DNA of 64,000 nt from the human T2T-CHM13v2.0 reference genome, Homo sapiens. Shown here one piece after another: positions 14,295 through 30,699 of the stretch (its first letter is position 1; each line of letters begins with the position of its first letter). The position numbers and the translations under genes were made by a program. Where the stretch lies: NCBI RefSeq assembly GCF_009914755.1, contig NC_060935.1, one strand, 5' to 3'. Under the pieces are notes generated by a model. The model did no database searches, was not told the DNA's origin, and was given only the letters and a program-made list of their open reading frames with translations.

Positions 14295-14483
14295 ATCTGT
14301 TTCACAAGTATTATGTCATTAGAGTTCCCCAATAATCTTGTAACTAAGAACTATTTATTTGCCATTTTAAAGAGGGGAAACTGAGTTCAGGAATATCATG
14401 ATTTTTCAAGTTGTTAGAGAGTAGCAGCATGGGAAATCTAAGGCAAATCTTCATAATTTTAGTTCAGATTTCTTTCCACTATA
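14295..14483 (-). mobile_element. MIR
   Basis: ccattttaaagaggggaaactgagttcagg. Confidence 0.6.
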
Positions 14484-14894
14484 GAAGATTGCCTTGAAAA
14501 TCTCCTGTTTCCATCATCTAGAGTACTTGACCAGGGACCTTCTATAAATTTAGCACAGGTTTCATCTTGTAATACACAATTCAGTACTTAATTCTTGGGG
14601 CACTGCAGGCCTTGTAAGAGCTTAGAGAAAAGTACAAACATTACTTTTCTATTCTATGCTTCAATCATCTTTTAAATTACTTGACATATTCATGTCTAAA
14701 TTCAAACAATTAAGACTTCCTCTGCATTTGTTCTATACATCTCAAGGTGTGGGATATCTCTCTCTTGATTAGCTAGATAGATAGAGATCTATATTAATCT
14801 ATATATATGCCACTAGTATGCTAGAGATATGTATCCTTATTGGTGTCTTCCAGATAGTAGTATGTAGTTTTCATGGGCCAGAGTTTGCTTTTGT

Positions 14895-15070
14895 TTTTGT
14901 TTTCAATTACAAAATTGTATATATTTATCATGTGCAACATGTTGTTTTGAAATACATATACAGTGTGGAATGGCTAAATTGAGCTAGTTAACATATGCAT
15001 TACGTCATATATTTACAATTGTTTTGTTGTGAGAACAGTTCAAATATACTTTCTTAGCAATCAGCAAGAA
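14895..15070 (-). mobile_element. L1MA-type 3' end fragment
   Basis: aaaattgtatatatttatcatgtgcaacatgttgttttgaaatacatatacagtgtggaatggctaaattgagctagttaacatatgcattac. Confidence 0.75.
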
Positions 15071-15610
15071 TTTTTGAGCCATGTGAATAAGTAAGCATCT
15101 TTAAATGTGCAACAATTGGGAAGTAGCCATATACAGTACGTTAAGATAGGCATTGTCGGTATTTTACCAGGTATTTATTGATTTCTATCAAGTGTATCCT
15201 CAAGTACTATTAATGCTAATAGATGTTCCACATGTTTTAGGAGAAAAATAGTATGTTTTTTAGGATAAGAGAAACATTAAGTTTCTAAGAGACTGGACTC
15301 CTGAGAAATTGTGATGGCAAAGAATAAAAGCAGAGCACAGTTTCACAATTAAATAATTCTGGGCAAATGTCCTACTAGGTTTCTTAGACAATTTTATTTC
15401 TTGGACAGCAGGTACAGAGAATTGAGTAACCCGTGCTCCTCACTTCATTGTACATCATACTCAATTATTCCAGCATGTTCCTTTCCTTATTTTATTCTAT
15501 TTATTTTTATTCTCTCCTTCATCCCTCCCACCCCATTGTCATTTCCCTACCACTGATTCCTTTATGCTGAATTCACCATAAATTATTCAATATGTTCTTT
15601 GATATGTATG

Positions 15611-18364
<2,754 letters not shown>

Positions 18365-18426
18365 GTATATATCCCTGAAAGAAACTTTCTTGCTCCAATT
18401 TTTACTTTTTAAAAAACTCAGCATGT

Positions 18427-18602
18427 TTCCTTCCTTGCTTCCTTCCTTCCTCCCTTCCTTCCTTCCTCCCTTCCTTCCTTCCTCCCTCCCTCATTCTTTC
18501 CCTCTCTCCCTCCTTTCTCTCTCTTTCCTTCTCTTTCTCTCTTTCTTTCTTTTTTGTCTCTATCTCTCTTTTTCTTTCTTTTCTTTTACTTTCTTTCTCT
18601 CT
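18427..18602. repeat. Polypyrimidine (TTCC)n/(TC)n/(TTTC)n tract at the tail of an AluJ
   Basis: About 175 bp almost purine-free. Confidence 0.9.
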
Positions 18603-18865
18603 TCACAGTCTCATGCTGTTGCCCAGGCTGGAATGCAGTGGTACAGTCATAGCTAACTGAAGCCTCAAGCTCCTAGGCTCCAGGGATCCTCCCACCTCAG
18701 CCTCATAAATAGCTAAGACTATAGGGGTGCACCACCATGCCTGGCTAAGTTTTTCTAAAAGATGAGATCTGTGTTACCCAGGCTGGTTCAAAATTACTGG
18801 TCTCAAGGAATCCTGATGTGGCCTCCCAAAACTGAGATTACAGGCATGAGCCAACATACTTGGCC
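18603..18865 (-). mobile_element. AluJ
   Basis: J-type features (catagctaactgaagcctcaagctcctaggctc...gatcctcccacctcagcc); highly diverged. Confidence 0.85.
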
Positions 18866-18869
18866 CCCT

Positions 18870-21310
18870 TTTCCTTAAATCTATCCATCTTGCTGTTAGC
18901 AATCTAATTTACTACTGGAAACTTCTGCATAATATTTTATCACTGCAAATTCACCCACTGCATTTTGTTCATCTATATCTTCTGTGATGGACATCCAACT
19001 TCCCCCAATTTGCTATTTCCTTAAACAATGATGTACTAAACTTTCTCATACCTACCTTTTCATGGAATTGTGGGAAAGTTTCTCTGGCATATACATATAA
19101 GAGTAGGATTATTTGTTTGTGAGAGATACCATAACTTATTCCATCCAGTCTTTCCAAATTACTCTCCAGAAAGGCAGTAACTGGTTAAACATTTACTAGC
19201 AGTGCATAAGCATTCCTCACAATCTTAGGAACATGGCATAATCCAATTTTATATTGTTGTTAACCTGCTGAGTATAAAGTTATTTTAATTTTTACTTTTC
19301 AGATTACTATAAATTTGAATAACTCATAAATATAGTGATTTTTGTTTCCTTTTTTGATTTATTTTTATCCTTTTCCAGTTGATTTTGTACTGTATTCAAA
19401 CATTTTTCTCTTATCAGTCATCACTCATCTGCTAACTTTGTCTGTAACATCCTCTCTTGAAGAGATGTCTAAACTTTGATAAAGTCACATCAATCTATTT
19501 TCCTCCTTAAGGTATGTGCTTTTGTGAGTGTTATTTAAAAAATACTTTCTCACTTGAAGTTTGAAGAGACATTTTCCCATTGGTTTTGACTTTTTATTTT
19601 ATTTTATTTTTGAGACGGAGTCTTGCTCTGTCACCCAGGCTGGAGTGCAGTGGCGCGATCTCAGCTCGCTGCAGTTTATTTTTATATTTAAGTTTCAGAT
19701 TACTTATGGTTTATATTTGTATAAGGTAGAAATCTAACTTTATTTTTCTCCATATAGTAAGTCTTTTTTTCTCAGCAATATGAATTAAACATTTACTCTT
19801 TTCCCTGTGATGTTTATGCCTCTTGTATCACTTGAAAATGTACATACGCATATTGTGTCTGTGTGTGTGATATTTGTTTCATTGCTTTCTGTTTTATTAA
19901 TCTATTTGCCTGTAAACAGATCAGTACTACATTTTTTATTAATATATTTTTATAGCTTGTATTAGTATCTGGTTAGTCTTTAACTTCTATTTTATTATTT
20001 CTTAAGTAGCCTTTGCTATTCATGAAACTTTGTCTCTCATAAACATTTTAGAATCAGTTTTCAAGTCTGCCTTCAAAGGTTTGCTATATTTTGAGCAGAA
20101 TTGTTTTGAATTTTTAATTCTTCTGGAAAAAAATTAACATCTTTACAATGTTTCATAATTTAATTGACAAAGACAGTATTGTTCTCCCTTTGTTCTGATA
20201 CTTCTTTTTATAAGTTTAATAATTTTTTAAATTGTTTCTATAGAGTCATTTTGCATTTTTAATAAGGTAAATCCTAGAGAGCTTATACATTTTTAATGTT
20301 CTTATTAAAATAGTATTTTTATTTTCTGTATATCCTTAATAAAGAAATTTGGCCGATTTTCTTAGAATTTATTTTCTCTTCAGCAGCCTTGTTAAATTTT
20401 CATTTTAATTCTGATAATTTTCCTACTAATTTGTTGAGTTTATAAGCAGATGAATAATCATAGCTTACTTTTCTCTGCCAAGATATATACCATTTCATTA
20501 TTATTTTTCCTCTTGGAATGTGTTATCTAGGATATCCAATACTCTGTTGATTAGGGGTTTAAATAGTTGCTAAACTTATTTTGTTTCTGACTTTATTAAA
20601 CACAATGTGTTTGATGATTTTCTATTAAGAAGTGTGGTTATTATAATTTTTTTGGTTTTTAACTAAATCATATAAAATTCCTACTCTTTTAGTTTTTCAA
20701 AATCACAAATGAAAGAAAATTTTTATGTGGCTTCCCTTTCTAAATTTTTTAAGAACTTTAAAAAATGATAAATAATTAAATTGTAATATAATATATTGTT
20801 ACATGATTTTTTCTTTGTACTATTAAGATGATTAATGGTATTTGCAAGTTTCTCTAATGTTAAAATGTCCTTATTTGTCTGGGATTAATTCTCCTTGATA
20901 ATAATATTATACTCATTTTTAATATACTATTGAATTAGGTTAGCCAAGATTTTTATCTGGTTATTCAATATGCATTCATTAGCATAATCAGACTATATAT
21001 TCTTTTTAAAATGGTCTTTATCAACTTTTGGAATCAAGTTTCCAGTATGGTTACAAAATGATGTAAGAATTTTGTTTCCATTTTTCCAGCCATTTCTATA
21101 AGAATGATTATCTGTCTCTTGAGAGTTAAGTAGAACTCATCTTTAAAAGCACTTACTCATGAGCTCTTTGGGAAGGGGGATGGAAAGGGGTTGTTTGAGA
21201 TCAATATTTCTATTTATTTAATGAATTGTTAAAATATTGGTTTTCTATTTTTTGTTCCAGTTTTGCTATTTTATGTTTTGCCAGATAGCTACTAATTTTA
21301 TCAAAGTGTT
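18870..21310 (-). mobile_element. Old L1M (L1ME/MC-type) relic
   Basis: T-rich antisense L1 3'UTR/ORF2-like phrases (tgatggacat, catatacatataagagtaggatt, ttttagaatcagtttttcaag, gtagaactcatctttaaa). Confidence 0.6.
19591..19673 (-). mobile_element. Alu fragment (3'-terminal about 60 bp plus tail)
   Basis: tgagacggagtcttgctctgtcacccaggctggagtgcagtggcgcgatctcagctcgctgca then abrupt end. Confidence 0.85.
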
Positions 21311-22185
21311 TAGTGGGCTATATATCTCTATTATAAATGTTAAGAGCCAGCAATTTATTTTCTTTCTGTAATAACAACTCCCTCAGAATAACACTCCCAC
21401 TTCCTTCATCTGTATTACCCTGAAATTTTCAACTGGAAAAGACAGATGTTGTCATACTTTTATAAATCTTATTCTTAAATTACTTGTAAAAACCCTATAA
21501 AACCTGTGCCTTATTTGAACCATCTACATATTTAAAAACCTCTTCAGGTGTGCCAATATCCTAGGAGTTTCAAAACAAACTAATATGACTATTAATATAC
21601 AACTGACATAAATCTATAATTTCAGGTTGATTATTCATACAAAAATGAAGTTTAAACTTGGCAGGGATTGTGGCTTTGTCTAGCTACTCAATAAAGCACT
21701 GTCTGTAATTGTAAATCCTTTCTCCTGCATACCTTCAGTGCAAATGTATATCATGGACAGACCCTCTTTAAGGTGCATATATCCACATTGCATGACGTTG
21801 TTAGGGAAGACTCTTAGTTTTCTTTTAGTCTTCACTAGGAACAGTGGAGAATATTTTAAAAACAACCAACTATCTTACCAGCTGAAAATAAGACTTTTAT
21901 ATAAGCCATGCCATGAATTTGAAGAAACATTTGTTTTTGGGAAATATCTCAAAATAAATGGTTCCATGCTTTTCTTGAAAACAAGTGTACTAGCTGATAA
22001 GGCACTAAATATCAAGTAAAATAGAGAATGATAGAGTTTATGTCATTTGGATTAAACTAGCCCTTTATATTGTAACCTTGGGTAAGTCACTAAATAAGTA
22101 TAAGCCTCAGATATTTATCATCTTTAAAATAATAAAAATTGCAATAACATTGCAGTTCTGAAACTCTATCATATTTGAAGATGTT

Positions 22186-24140
22186 ATGTATTCATCAATA
22201 TGTCAAGTATTAATGAACAGCTATTATATATCTGGTACTATTCATGAAGCTGGGGATGTAGCAGTGAACAAAACAGACAAACCTTTTGTCATCATGGAAC
22301 TTACAAACTAGTGGTTAGTATGTGATAAAAAATATTAACATCAATAGATAATATATAGTGGTGTGAGAAAATAAAACAGAGTAAGGGTGTAAATACCGAA
22401 GGAGTGAAATATGTTAGCTAAGGTGCACAGGAAAGATCTTTCTCAGGAGGTTATATTCCAAAAGTAATTTCATAAGATTGAGAGGAATAAAAACTCCAGA
22501 GATATTTGAGTAAAGAGTTTAATGCCATAGGAGATAGCTATGGAGGTAGAAGTAAGTTTAGCACATTTGAGAAACAACTAGCCTATTTGGCAGAACAACT
22601 AAGTATGGCAAAAAGTGGAAAAGACTTTGGTTGAGGGAGCAGGGGCTGGAAGGAATTAGCCATAGTGAACACCTTGGATTTGTCCTCAGCATGATGGGAA
22701 GTCACTGGAAGATCTGAAGAGAAGAGTAAAGTAATGTGATTTACATTTTTAAAAGATCACTTTACTGTATAAGAAAAGGATAGAGGTAAGACAAGGCTAG
22801 AAATTGTGAAACTAGGAGGTGATTGCCAAAGTCTAGGTAGAAAGAAGATGGCATCTTGAACTAAGGAGGTTATGGTGATGGTAGGGAAGAATGCTAAGAT
22901 TCAAGATATAGTTAGACTGTAAAGTCACAAGAATTACTACTAAATAGGAAGAGGTGTCTGAGAGAAAGGGTGGGAATAAGGACAACTCCTGTATTTCTAA
23001 TCTGTGCTATAGGTAGGACCATTTAGTGAGAAGGGAATGATTAAGGGAGGAGACAATGGGAGATAAAAATTAATAATTCTGTTTTAGTTTTTATTACTTT
23101 GTCTTTGCCAGTTTTTTCTAACATGAACATTCATATTTTCCTGGGGAAAGCCTCAGTTCTGGTGAGCACCTGCCATGTGCCAGGCATTTGGGTGAACATT
23201 TCACATAGTATATCATAATTTAGTTTTTGGTATCTGAAGAATGTGATGCCTGTTTTCCATTCCAGTGGAGATGCTAAGAAGGCAGTTAATACAGCATTCA
23301 GGAGCTCAGTGGAATACTGGGAGTTGGACACAGGGATTTGGAAGTTATCAGACATAGACGGTTTTTAAAATCATGAGCCTGGACAAGGTCGTCCAGGGAG
23401 TAAATGTAATTAGTAGAATAAGCATCCACAGTTTGAGCACTGTAGTATTAATGGTCAAATCCAGTGGAGGGATCAGCAAAGGAGAGGGAGAGGAAGAGGG
23501 CGTTGACAGTAGGGGCAAGCCAAAAGATAGTGATATTCCAGAAACCATAATAGAACAATGCTTCAAGGGAGAGCTAATGCATTTGTCACCATGAAGGTCT
23601 TTTGTGACAATGCCAAGTGGAATTTAAGTAGAGCAGTGGGAGAAAAATCTGTTAGAATGAATTAAAAAGAAAATGAGAGGCAAAGAAGTAGAAAGAGTGA
23701 GCATGGACAACTCTCTGAAGAACTTCTGCTGCAAAGCCAAGGAGGTTAATGGGACAGAAGAAGAGTGGGGGTGAATACAATGTGAGGTTTAGAAAGGTTT
23801 TTGTTTGCTTACTGGTTTTGGTGGTTTTATTTTGAGAAGGAAAAATGAATGCTGTGGGAGAGGGAATAATTGTAGGACAAAATCCTTGAGCAAATAAGAA
23901 GAAATGGTATCCAGGGCACTTGTAGCATGATTGGCTTTCAGTAGGAGCAGGAAGAGTTCATTCTAAGTAGCAGAAAGAAAATGGAGCTATGGACACCAAG
24001 GAAGGTAGGATAATAGATCAGGTGGTGAGAAGACAAAGTAATAAGAGAATGTTGGAGTGTTAAAAAGAGAGGCAATGGTATAAAACAGGAGGAAGCTGCA
24101 AGATGAGGGGTAGAGAAGAATAAGTTTTAAAATAGTCACT
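22186..24140 (-). mobile_element. Long L2 (L2a-like) relic, with a small MIR-like interruption near 23160-23225
   Basis: gctggggatgtagcagtgaacaaaacagacaaa; tgatgggaagtcactggaag; gagcatggacaactctctgaagaa. Confidence 0.7.
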
Positions 24141-25315
24141 CTCATAATTTAAAGTCAAAAAAATAACCTAGTAGCTTAATATTCAGATTCCTGTGGCCTA
24201 CTCATGAGTGAGACTGCAGCAGTTATGGATCACACTTGGAGAAACTTTGAGTTAATAAGAATGAAATGAGGCAATGGGAGATACCCTCCTCTAGGCAGGA
24301 GAAACATAAGATCCACAAATTCTAAGGAGTGTGGTCCTCTACAGGGACTTGGGATAAAAAGGAATAGTCAGGTGTGTGGATTTCATTTCCAGGCAAGATG
24401 AAAATCCAGGTACCAGCAGCTAAATCAGATTATATGAGTGAGAAGGGATAAGTTATAGCACCAGATGTGGCATCAAGAGAATTTGAAAGATGGAGTCCAA
24501 TGCAAAACAAGTACATCGTCCAAATAAGGGTCAATTCAAAAGTCCAGAGTCATAAAAGTCAAATAAGAGGCAACGTAGAGACAGCAAGATGGAGAGCATA
24601 GCTCAAGAGGAAAGAAAGAACTCGAATGTAGCCAATGAAAATTCTTTACAGCATCTTTCCAAAAAGCCTGAGATTAGAAGGGAACTATGAGATTCCCACA
24701 TCTGGTCATCAGTGGCTTCTAAACAGAAGCTTCTTTAAGCCTCATATATGTGTGAATTGTGCCCCCAGACATGTGCACAATTTGCACAGAGGTGGCATCA
24801 CAGGGTGACTTCTAGAATCAGAGATCCAAGGGTACTCCTCTAAAATACGTGCAGAGATCTTTGCCATTAGCTGAAGGGATACCTGAGGATACTCTCCCTT
24901 CTTTTCCTAAACTCAACCTAAAAGTCTACTTTTAAAAGTAAAATATATTAATAAATAATGGATGCCAGCCAGTTTGCAATGTGTTTTACATGAGCTCTTA
25001 TTTAAAACACAACAGACTTATGATGTTGATTCAAGCAATATGCTACAAGACACTAACATATAGACTAACATAATAATAAAATAAACAAAAATTTTATTCT
25101 AATCATTATGACACAAGACCTGATAGAAAACTATAAATTCAACTTAAACCCGAGTAAGAGAAGAAGCATAACCAAATGTGAACTGTTGAATAATGATATG
25201 CTTTAGGATATATACAAAATGAAAATAAATGGAAACATAAAAAACAGTCTTGTTTATGGAAACTCTATACAGTTTTCTAGGGTCTTGAACTTACATTCGT
25301 TTTCAAGAGAAAACA

Positions 25316-25339
25316 AGGCCTGAGCCATCGCACCCGGCC
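25316..25339 (-). mobile_element. Orphan 5'-terminal 24 bp of an Alu
   Basis: aggcctgagccatcgcacccggcc versus consensus aggcgtgagccaccgcgcccggcc (21/24). Confidence 0.75.
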
Positions 25340-26204
25340 TAATAATCTTATTTTCTAACAGATATTAATGTGTTTATAGTCACGACAGAACTAGCACTTT
25401 GAAAACTACCCTAGTAAATATAGGCTGTATGTTTATCATATATCTGGGGTATCTTTCAGCTGGATCATTCCACAACACCCCGATGTCAAGCATCACGTCT
25501 TCTAGGAACTTTGTAAGCACACTAGCTCTAGTACTCATAGAACTGATTATAGTACTTGTAGTCAAATTCTAACCCTTCCACACTGAAATTCTGTATGTGT
25601 AAGGCCAATGGAAAAGATTTTGATCCTGAGGGGATAAAAACAAGAAATAAACTTCAGAGATTGCAGCATATAATAAAAAGCAGCTGCCACATGAGGGTCT
25701 GTTTTGACTCACTGTGTAGTCCACATATGCACTGAGTTTCTCAGATCCTGGTATTTCACTTCTCAGGCATGCTTTGTCTACCTCCTGGGTTGTTTAGCAA
25801 AGACCCAAGACAGCTTCTTTCCCTTATGCAAATATTATTCACTCATGTCCTCTTTAATCAGAAGAGAAGCTACTTAGACCCTAAGAAAAACATTAAAATA
25901 TGAAACTTTTAATGGTCCATGAGGCCAAGAAAGGAGCCCAGGCTTGAGGGGGAGAAGAGCTCTGAGATTAGGTGTTTAGCCTCAGTGTGCAGGAAAGGGG
26001 ATAGAAATACAACCCAAAGACAGAACATTTATCACACTGATATTGTGGAGGTTGCATGTATGCTGCTGTCTTGAAAAAGTCTTGGAGTGGTTATTTTGCA
26101 AATAAATCCCACACCTGTGCATCATGATCTTACTCAGACTCACTGGCTACAACAACCAACCATATTGACCTTTTGTTGGCAGGCCAATCATAGATTCAGA
26201 ATTG

Positions 26205-26780
26205 GAGTCGTTCATTTTTTGATAAGCATTTATTACCAGGCTCATGTCCTATTCTCAAGTAACATATGGTTTTATAGGCACAATGAGATAAGAGTAAGAT
26301 GAGATAAGTACATACACAGATGCCTGGAACGCAAACTCTAAGAGAGTGCGTAGGAGAATGGCAGACAGGGAAAGAGCTGCAGAATTGGTAGGTGATGGAG
26401 CAAAGGATTCTCCATGGCATGTAGAGGAATTTCTTTTAGAATAAAGGTGAAGGGGAGCCACTGAACTCCTGAAGTAGGAAAATAGTATAAGACGACTTGT
26501 GTACTGGAGAGGTTACTCTTTTAGCAGGGTGAAATATGGATTAGAAAGTGGAGACCAGGAAGAGATTTTAAGGAACAGTTTAAACAGGAAATAAGAGAAA
26601 ATTGGACTGAAACTGGAAGTATGTAGATAACAGATGATGAAGAAGATGGGGTCAGAGCTGGAAAACGATTTTCAGAAAATAAAAGATTATGGAGTGGTGG
26701 GATTGTGTGCCAAAGGAGAAGAGCCAACAGAAAAAAAAAAAATAAAGATGCTGAGGATCCAGGCAAGAGGAGGCAAGAGG
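26205..26780 (-). mobile_element. L2 relic
   Basis: aagcatttatt...; ggggagccactgaa; ggagaggttactct; atggattagaaagtggagaccagg. Confidence 0.5.
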
Positions 26781-27619
26781 TTGTAAGTGGTCAATCAAGC
26801 AGGTCAAATACATAGGAGGTTCTAAGATCCAGATCATGGGAAAAAGCATATTTTTGTGAACAAAAGTAGGAACTTCTGGCATTAGCTGGATGAAAGCAAG
26901 AATGCTTCGAAATGTAGCCATTTAGCACCTTTCTGTCTTGGCTGTTTACTTTTTTTTGCTTTCACTCAACACATGATTACTGACACTCTCCCCGACTTCC
27001 TGAATACACTTTTGGGGTTTTTATGACATCACAATGTGAATGCCCTGTGAGAAGCCTGGAATTCTTAAAGCTGTGCAAACAGCGTTCCTAAAGAATTTCT
27101 TTACTATAAATTCAAAAGATAAGAGTTATGAATCCTCCATCTCTATGACTTGATTCATCAAAATATTTTCATTTCATGGTTATAGAATATTCAAAAATAT
27201 TTATTATCTGTATAATTTTATATAGAAGTTATTTAATCTAAACAAGGGTCTTTTAAAACTGGCAGCAGTGTTCCTTTTTTCCCATTCAAAGTTCTTACAT
27301 AATAGATTTTTCTGCATAATATAATTTTAAAACTCTTGATAGGTGACTGCAACATTTTTGAGACCATGTCATAAGATGAAATGCAGATGTATAATTATTA
27401 TATCCATAAATCAAGTCATGAAATCAAAGGCATCCGTCTTCCTATTTTAAACATTCAAGCTGACTTTTCTTGACTCAAACAAACTTCTTATAGATTCAAG
27501 TCAAATGACAGAAAATAACTCTGATATACTCTGTTTTATCCAGCAGATTCTCAACTGGAGTTTTATGGCCCACCATTTGCACACATGAATAAGTAAAATG
27601 ATAACTGATGTTTAGGGTC

Positions 27620-27951
27620 TGAATTAGTTTTCAATGCTTTTTAAAAAATTACCACAAACTCAATTATTTAGAAGAATACCCATTTATTATCTCACAGTTT
27701 CATGAGTCAGAAGCCCAGGCACGGCTTAGATCCACTTTCAGGCTCCCTCAGGTTGTTGGCAGAATTCATCTTCTCGTGGCTGTAGGACTGAGGTTCCTAT
27801 TTTTGTTTTCTGGCTGTTGGCTGGAGGCTGCTCTCAACTGCTAGAATTGAAGTTTCTCCCCACCTTGCCCTTCTTATAGGCAGTTCACAACATGGAAGTT
27901 TACTTTTTAAGAAGTGAGAAAAATTGAAAAGCATTTCCTATGTGTGTTAGC

Positions 27952-27991
<40 letters not shown>

Positions 27992-28099
27992 GATAGTCAC
28001 AATGACATCCCAATATGTTTTGTCATATTTTATTTGTGAGAAGCAAGTCTCCCCATACAGACTGTGAACATGGGGTCACTCTAAGTTCTGTCCATCACA
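27620..28099 (-). mobile_element. MLT1D-like MaLR solo LTR
   Basis: catttattatctcacagtttc...caggttgttggcagaattcatcttctcgtggctgtaggactgaggttcc...ttctgtccatcaca. Confidence 0.7.
27955..27987. repeat. (AC)16 microsatellite
   Basis: Perfect repeat. Confidence 0.95.
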
Positions 28100-30553
28100 G
28101 TTCCCAAGACACAAATACTATCTTGGCATGCAAAAGAAAAATTTAATTATTTCATATACAATTTTAGTATCAAGCACATATTAAGACATTATATTCTAGC
28201 AATTATACTATTCTATGATATATGCATGAATATCTGTCTCACTTCTTGTAGTTACCTTTCATGGATATACACTCACAATTATCTGTTAAAGAAAACAAGG
28301 GAAGAAATAAGGGGAGGAAAGGGGAAGGAAAAAAAAGAAGAATATAACATATTTCTATATTAAGATAACGGAGCAAAAATGATCAAAAGATAATTTCTTT
28401 TGCTGGCCATTGAAATAAGTGGGGCCATAACTTACGGTAGGACAAAAATAACAGTAAAACTAGGACTGGTAAAGGGTATTCGAAATAACATGGCAAAGAA
28501 AAAAGTTCACCAATTTACTTACAACACAATATCTGGGACTTCTGTGAACTCTGAAGCTTTCAGTCCCAAGAAGTGCAAATGAAAAATTCTTGCCAAAGCT
28601 TGAGACATTATTTTACAGAAGAAAATTTAACCAACTCATGTCTATGTACATAATTGATGCTTAATGTTACAAATGTGTATGGTGTATTGCATAGTCTAGT
28701 GCTTCTCAAAAGCATTAAATGAAAACAATGGTATGATCTATGTGGTTATTTTAGTTAGCAAACACTTTTAAAAATCTGAATAGCAATATATATTTTTCTA
28801 TGTCTTTACATATATTTAGAAAAATCTTTACAAAATAAGGTTAATCCACTGATTCATTCATTTATTCATCCAACAATTGTTAGTTATTTGTTTGCTTATC
28901 TATTTCTAGTTGTTCTCCTAATATAATGTGGGGCAGAAGCAAAAATCAAACATATTTGAGAATGGCATACCAAATAGGCTTCAGGAAGGCCATAAGAGAA
29001 AAGCAATGGAGTAAAGTACTATCTTGTAGTCAGAAGATTTGAAGTAGTCAGGCATCATTTTTATTTACTGCTAGGCCGGCGTTTTACTGTCTTAAGTGCA
29101 GCTGTCACCTTTTTTATTATTTTTCTATACTTCTGACTACTGCTGATCTGTGCAGGTCTTTAAGAATTTATAGAACACCTTGAAGAAAAGGGGATTGATA
29201 AACCAGAAGATAGTAGCTGGTGCAAAACGGTGTTTTAAATGTACATTCTATCTCCACTTAAAAGAAATATATTTTTTCCACTTCAGAATGTCTTGATTTC
29301 CAGCTCCACCAAGTTACTAGTTAGTCATTTTTCACATCCAAGTTTCCTTATCTATAAAATGGCAATAATAATAACAGAGTTGTGCTTCTCGTATCTAACA
29401 AATACAAAAATTTCCATTGCCATGGTTGTCATTATTAGAAGCAGTAGCAAAAATCAACATCATTATCTAAAGGAAAATTCCTAAGAAGGTATAGAAAATC
29501 ATCTTTCAATGAAGAAACATAGAAAAGACATGATAGAAATATTTAAAGGGCAATTAATATTTGATCAATATTGTAAAGAACTGGAAAGGCAGTGTCTCAA
29601 TATCAGCTAGATCTCTGCTATCATTTGTTTATTGGGTTTTCACACTCTACATGAATTAAAACAATTTTAAAAAGTATAATCTCCAAAATGCTATTTCATA
29701 CTTTACTTATAAATATATACTTTTATCAGGAAAAACCATCCTAACAAAATTCTGCCCAAATGACATGTGTCAATGTAACAGGTCAATTATAGGCACCTGC
29801 TAGCACGTCTATTTTGAGACTAAGCAGCTTATGTAGCTTCTGTATCTTGTTTCTAAAATGAATTAGACAGGTTTACTCTCTCCCCTTCGGCTAATTAGAG
29901 ATGGAAAACCTTACACCTGTGATAAATAATACAGCCTCAAAAACAACACATCTGGAAAAGGTATCTGGCATTCCATGTGAAATAAATCTGGAATTCTAGA
30001 CTGCAAATCATGGGTGTTTTGAATGACTAGGTTGTAGAACAAAACAAATTATATTTAAAAAGAAGGTTTTGAAAATGGCCTTTTCCCCTGAACATTTTTC
30101 CATGGGCTAATACTTCATGGTGTTTTATTTTCTCTAGACTCTGGAAAATTAACAGAAGAAAAAAATAGGAAAACAAAATCTAGAGTTTAGACTTATTCAT
30201 GTGCAAGGCTTAGCAGCTGTGTTTCTAATTACACACAGGGAGGCCTTAAAAATGACCATTTCCAAGTACTTAGCTAATGCCACTGGAAACTACAAGAGTG
30301 TATTTTTAAAATCTGTTTGGTTATTGGGTAATTTATTTCTTCTCTCACAATAACAATAATGTTGCAATTATAAATGTACAATTAATTTATTCTAGACAAC
30401 ATAGTCATTTATACATATATGCATATATACATATATACATATATGTCAGGTTTCCCCTCTAATTACCTGTAGAAGAGAGAGCAAACCTGTCTAGTTGTTT
30501 TTAGAAACAGGAAACAGAGGCGACATAAGCTGCTTAGTCTTTCTCTCTTGTCT

Positions 30554-30663
30554 CTCTATCTATCTTATCTTTCTATGTATCTATCTATGTATCTATGTAT
30601 GTATGTATCTATCTATAGCTATCTATATCATCTATCTATTATCTATCTACCTATCATCTACCT
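30554..30663. repeat. Imperfect (TCTA)n/(TGTA)n tetranucleotide repeat
   Basis: Directly visible. Confidence 0.85.
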
Positions 30664-30699
30664 GTATGAGAGAAATCAAAATCACCTAAAATGACCCCT

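Noticed and set aside
24455-24800. CTCF-like strings (caccagatgtggca, cacagaggtggca)
   Set aside because: Poor match or wrong spacing in the 5' half of the CTCF core.
29074-29235. Possible inverted ends (ggcgttttac ... gcaaaacggt) of a small DNA transposon
   Set aside because: Match too short and degenerate; no TSD or recognisable family.
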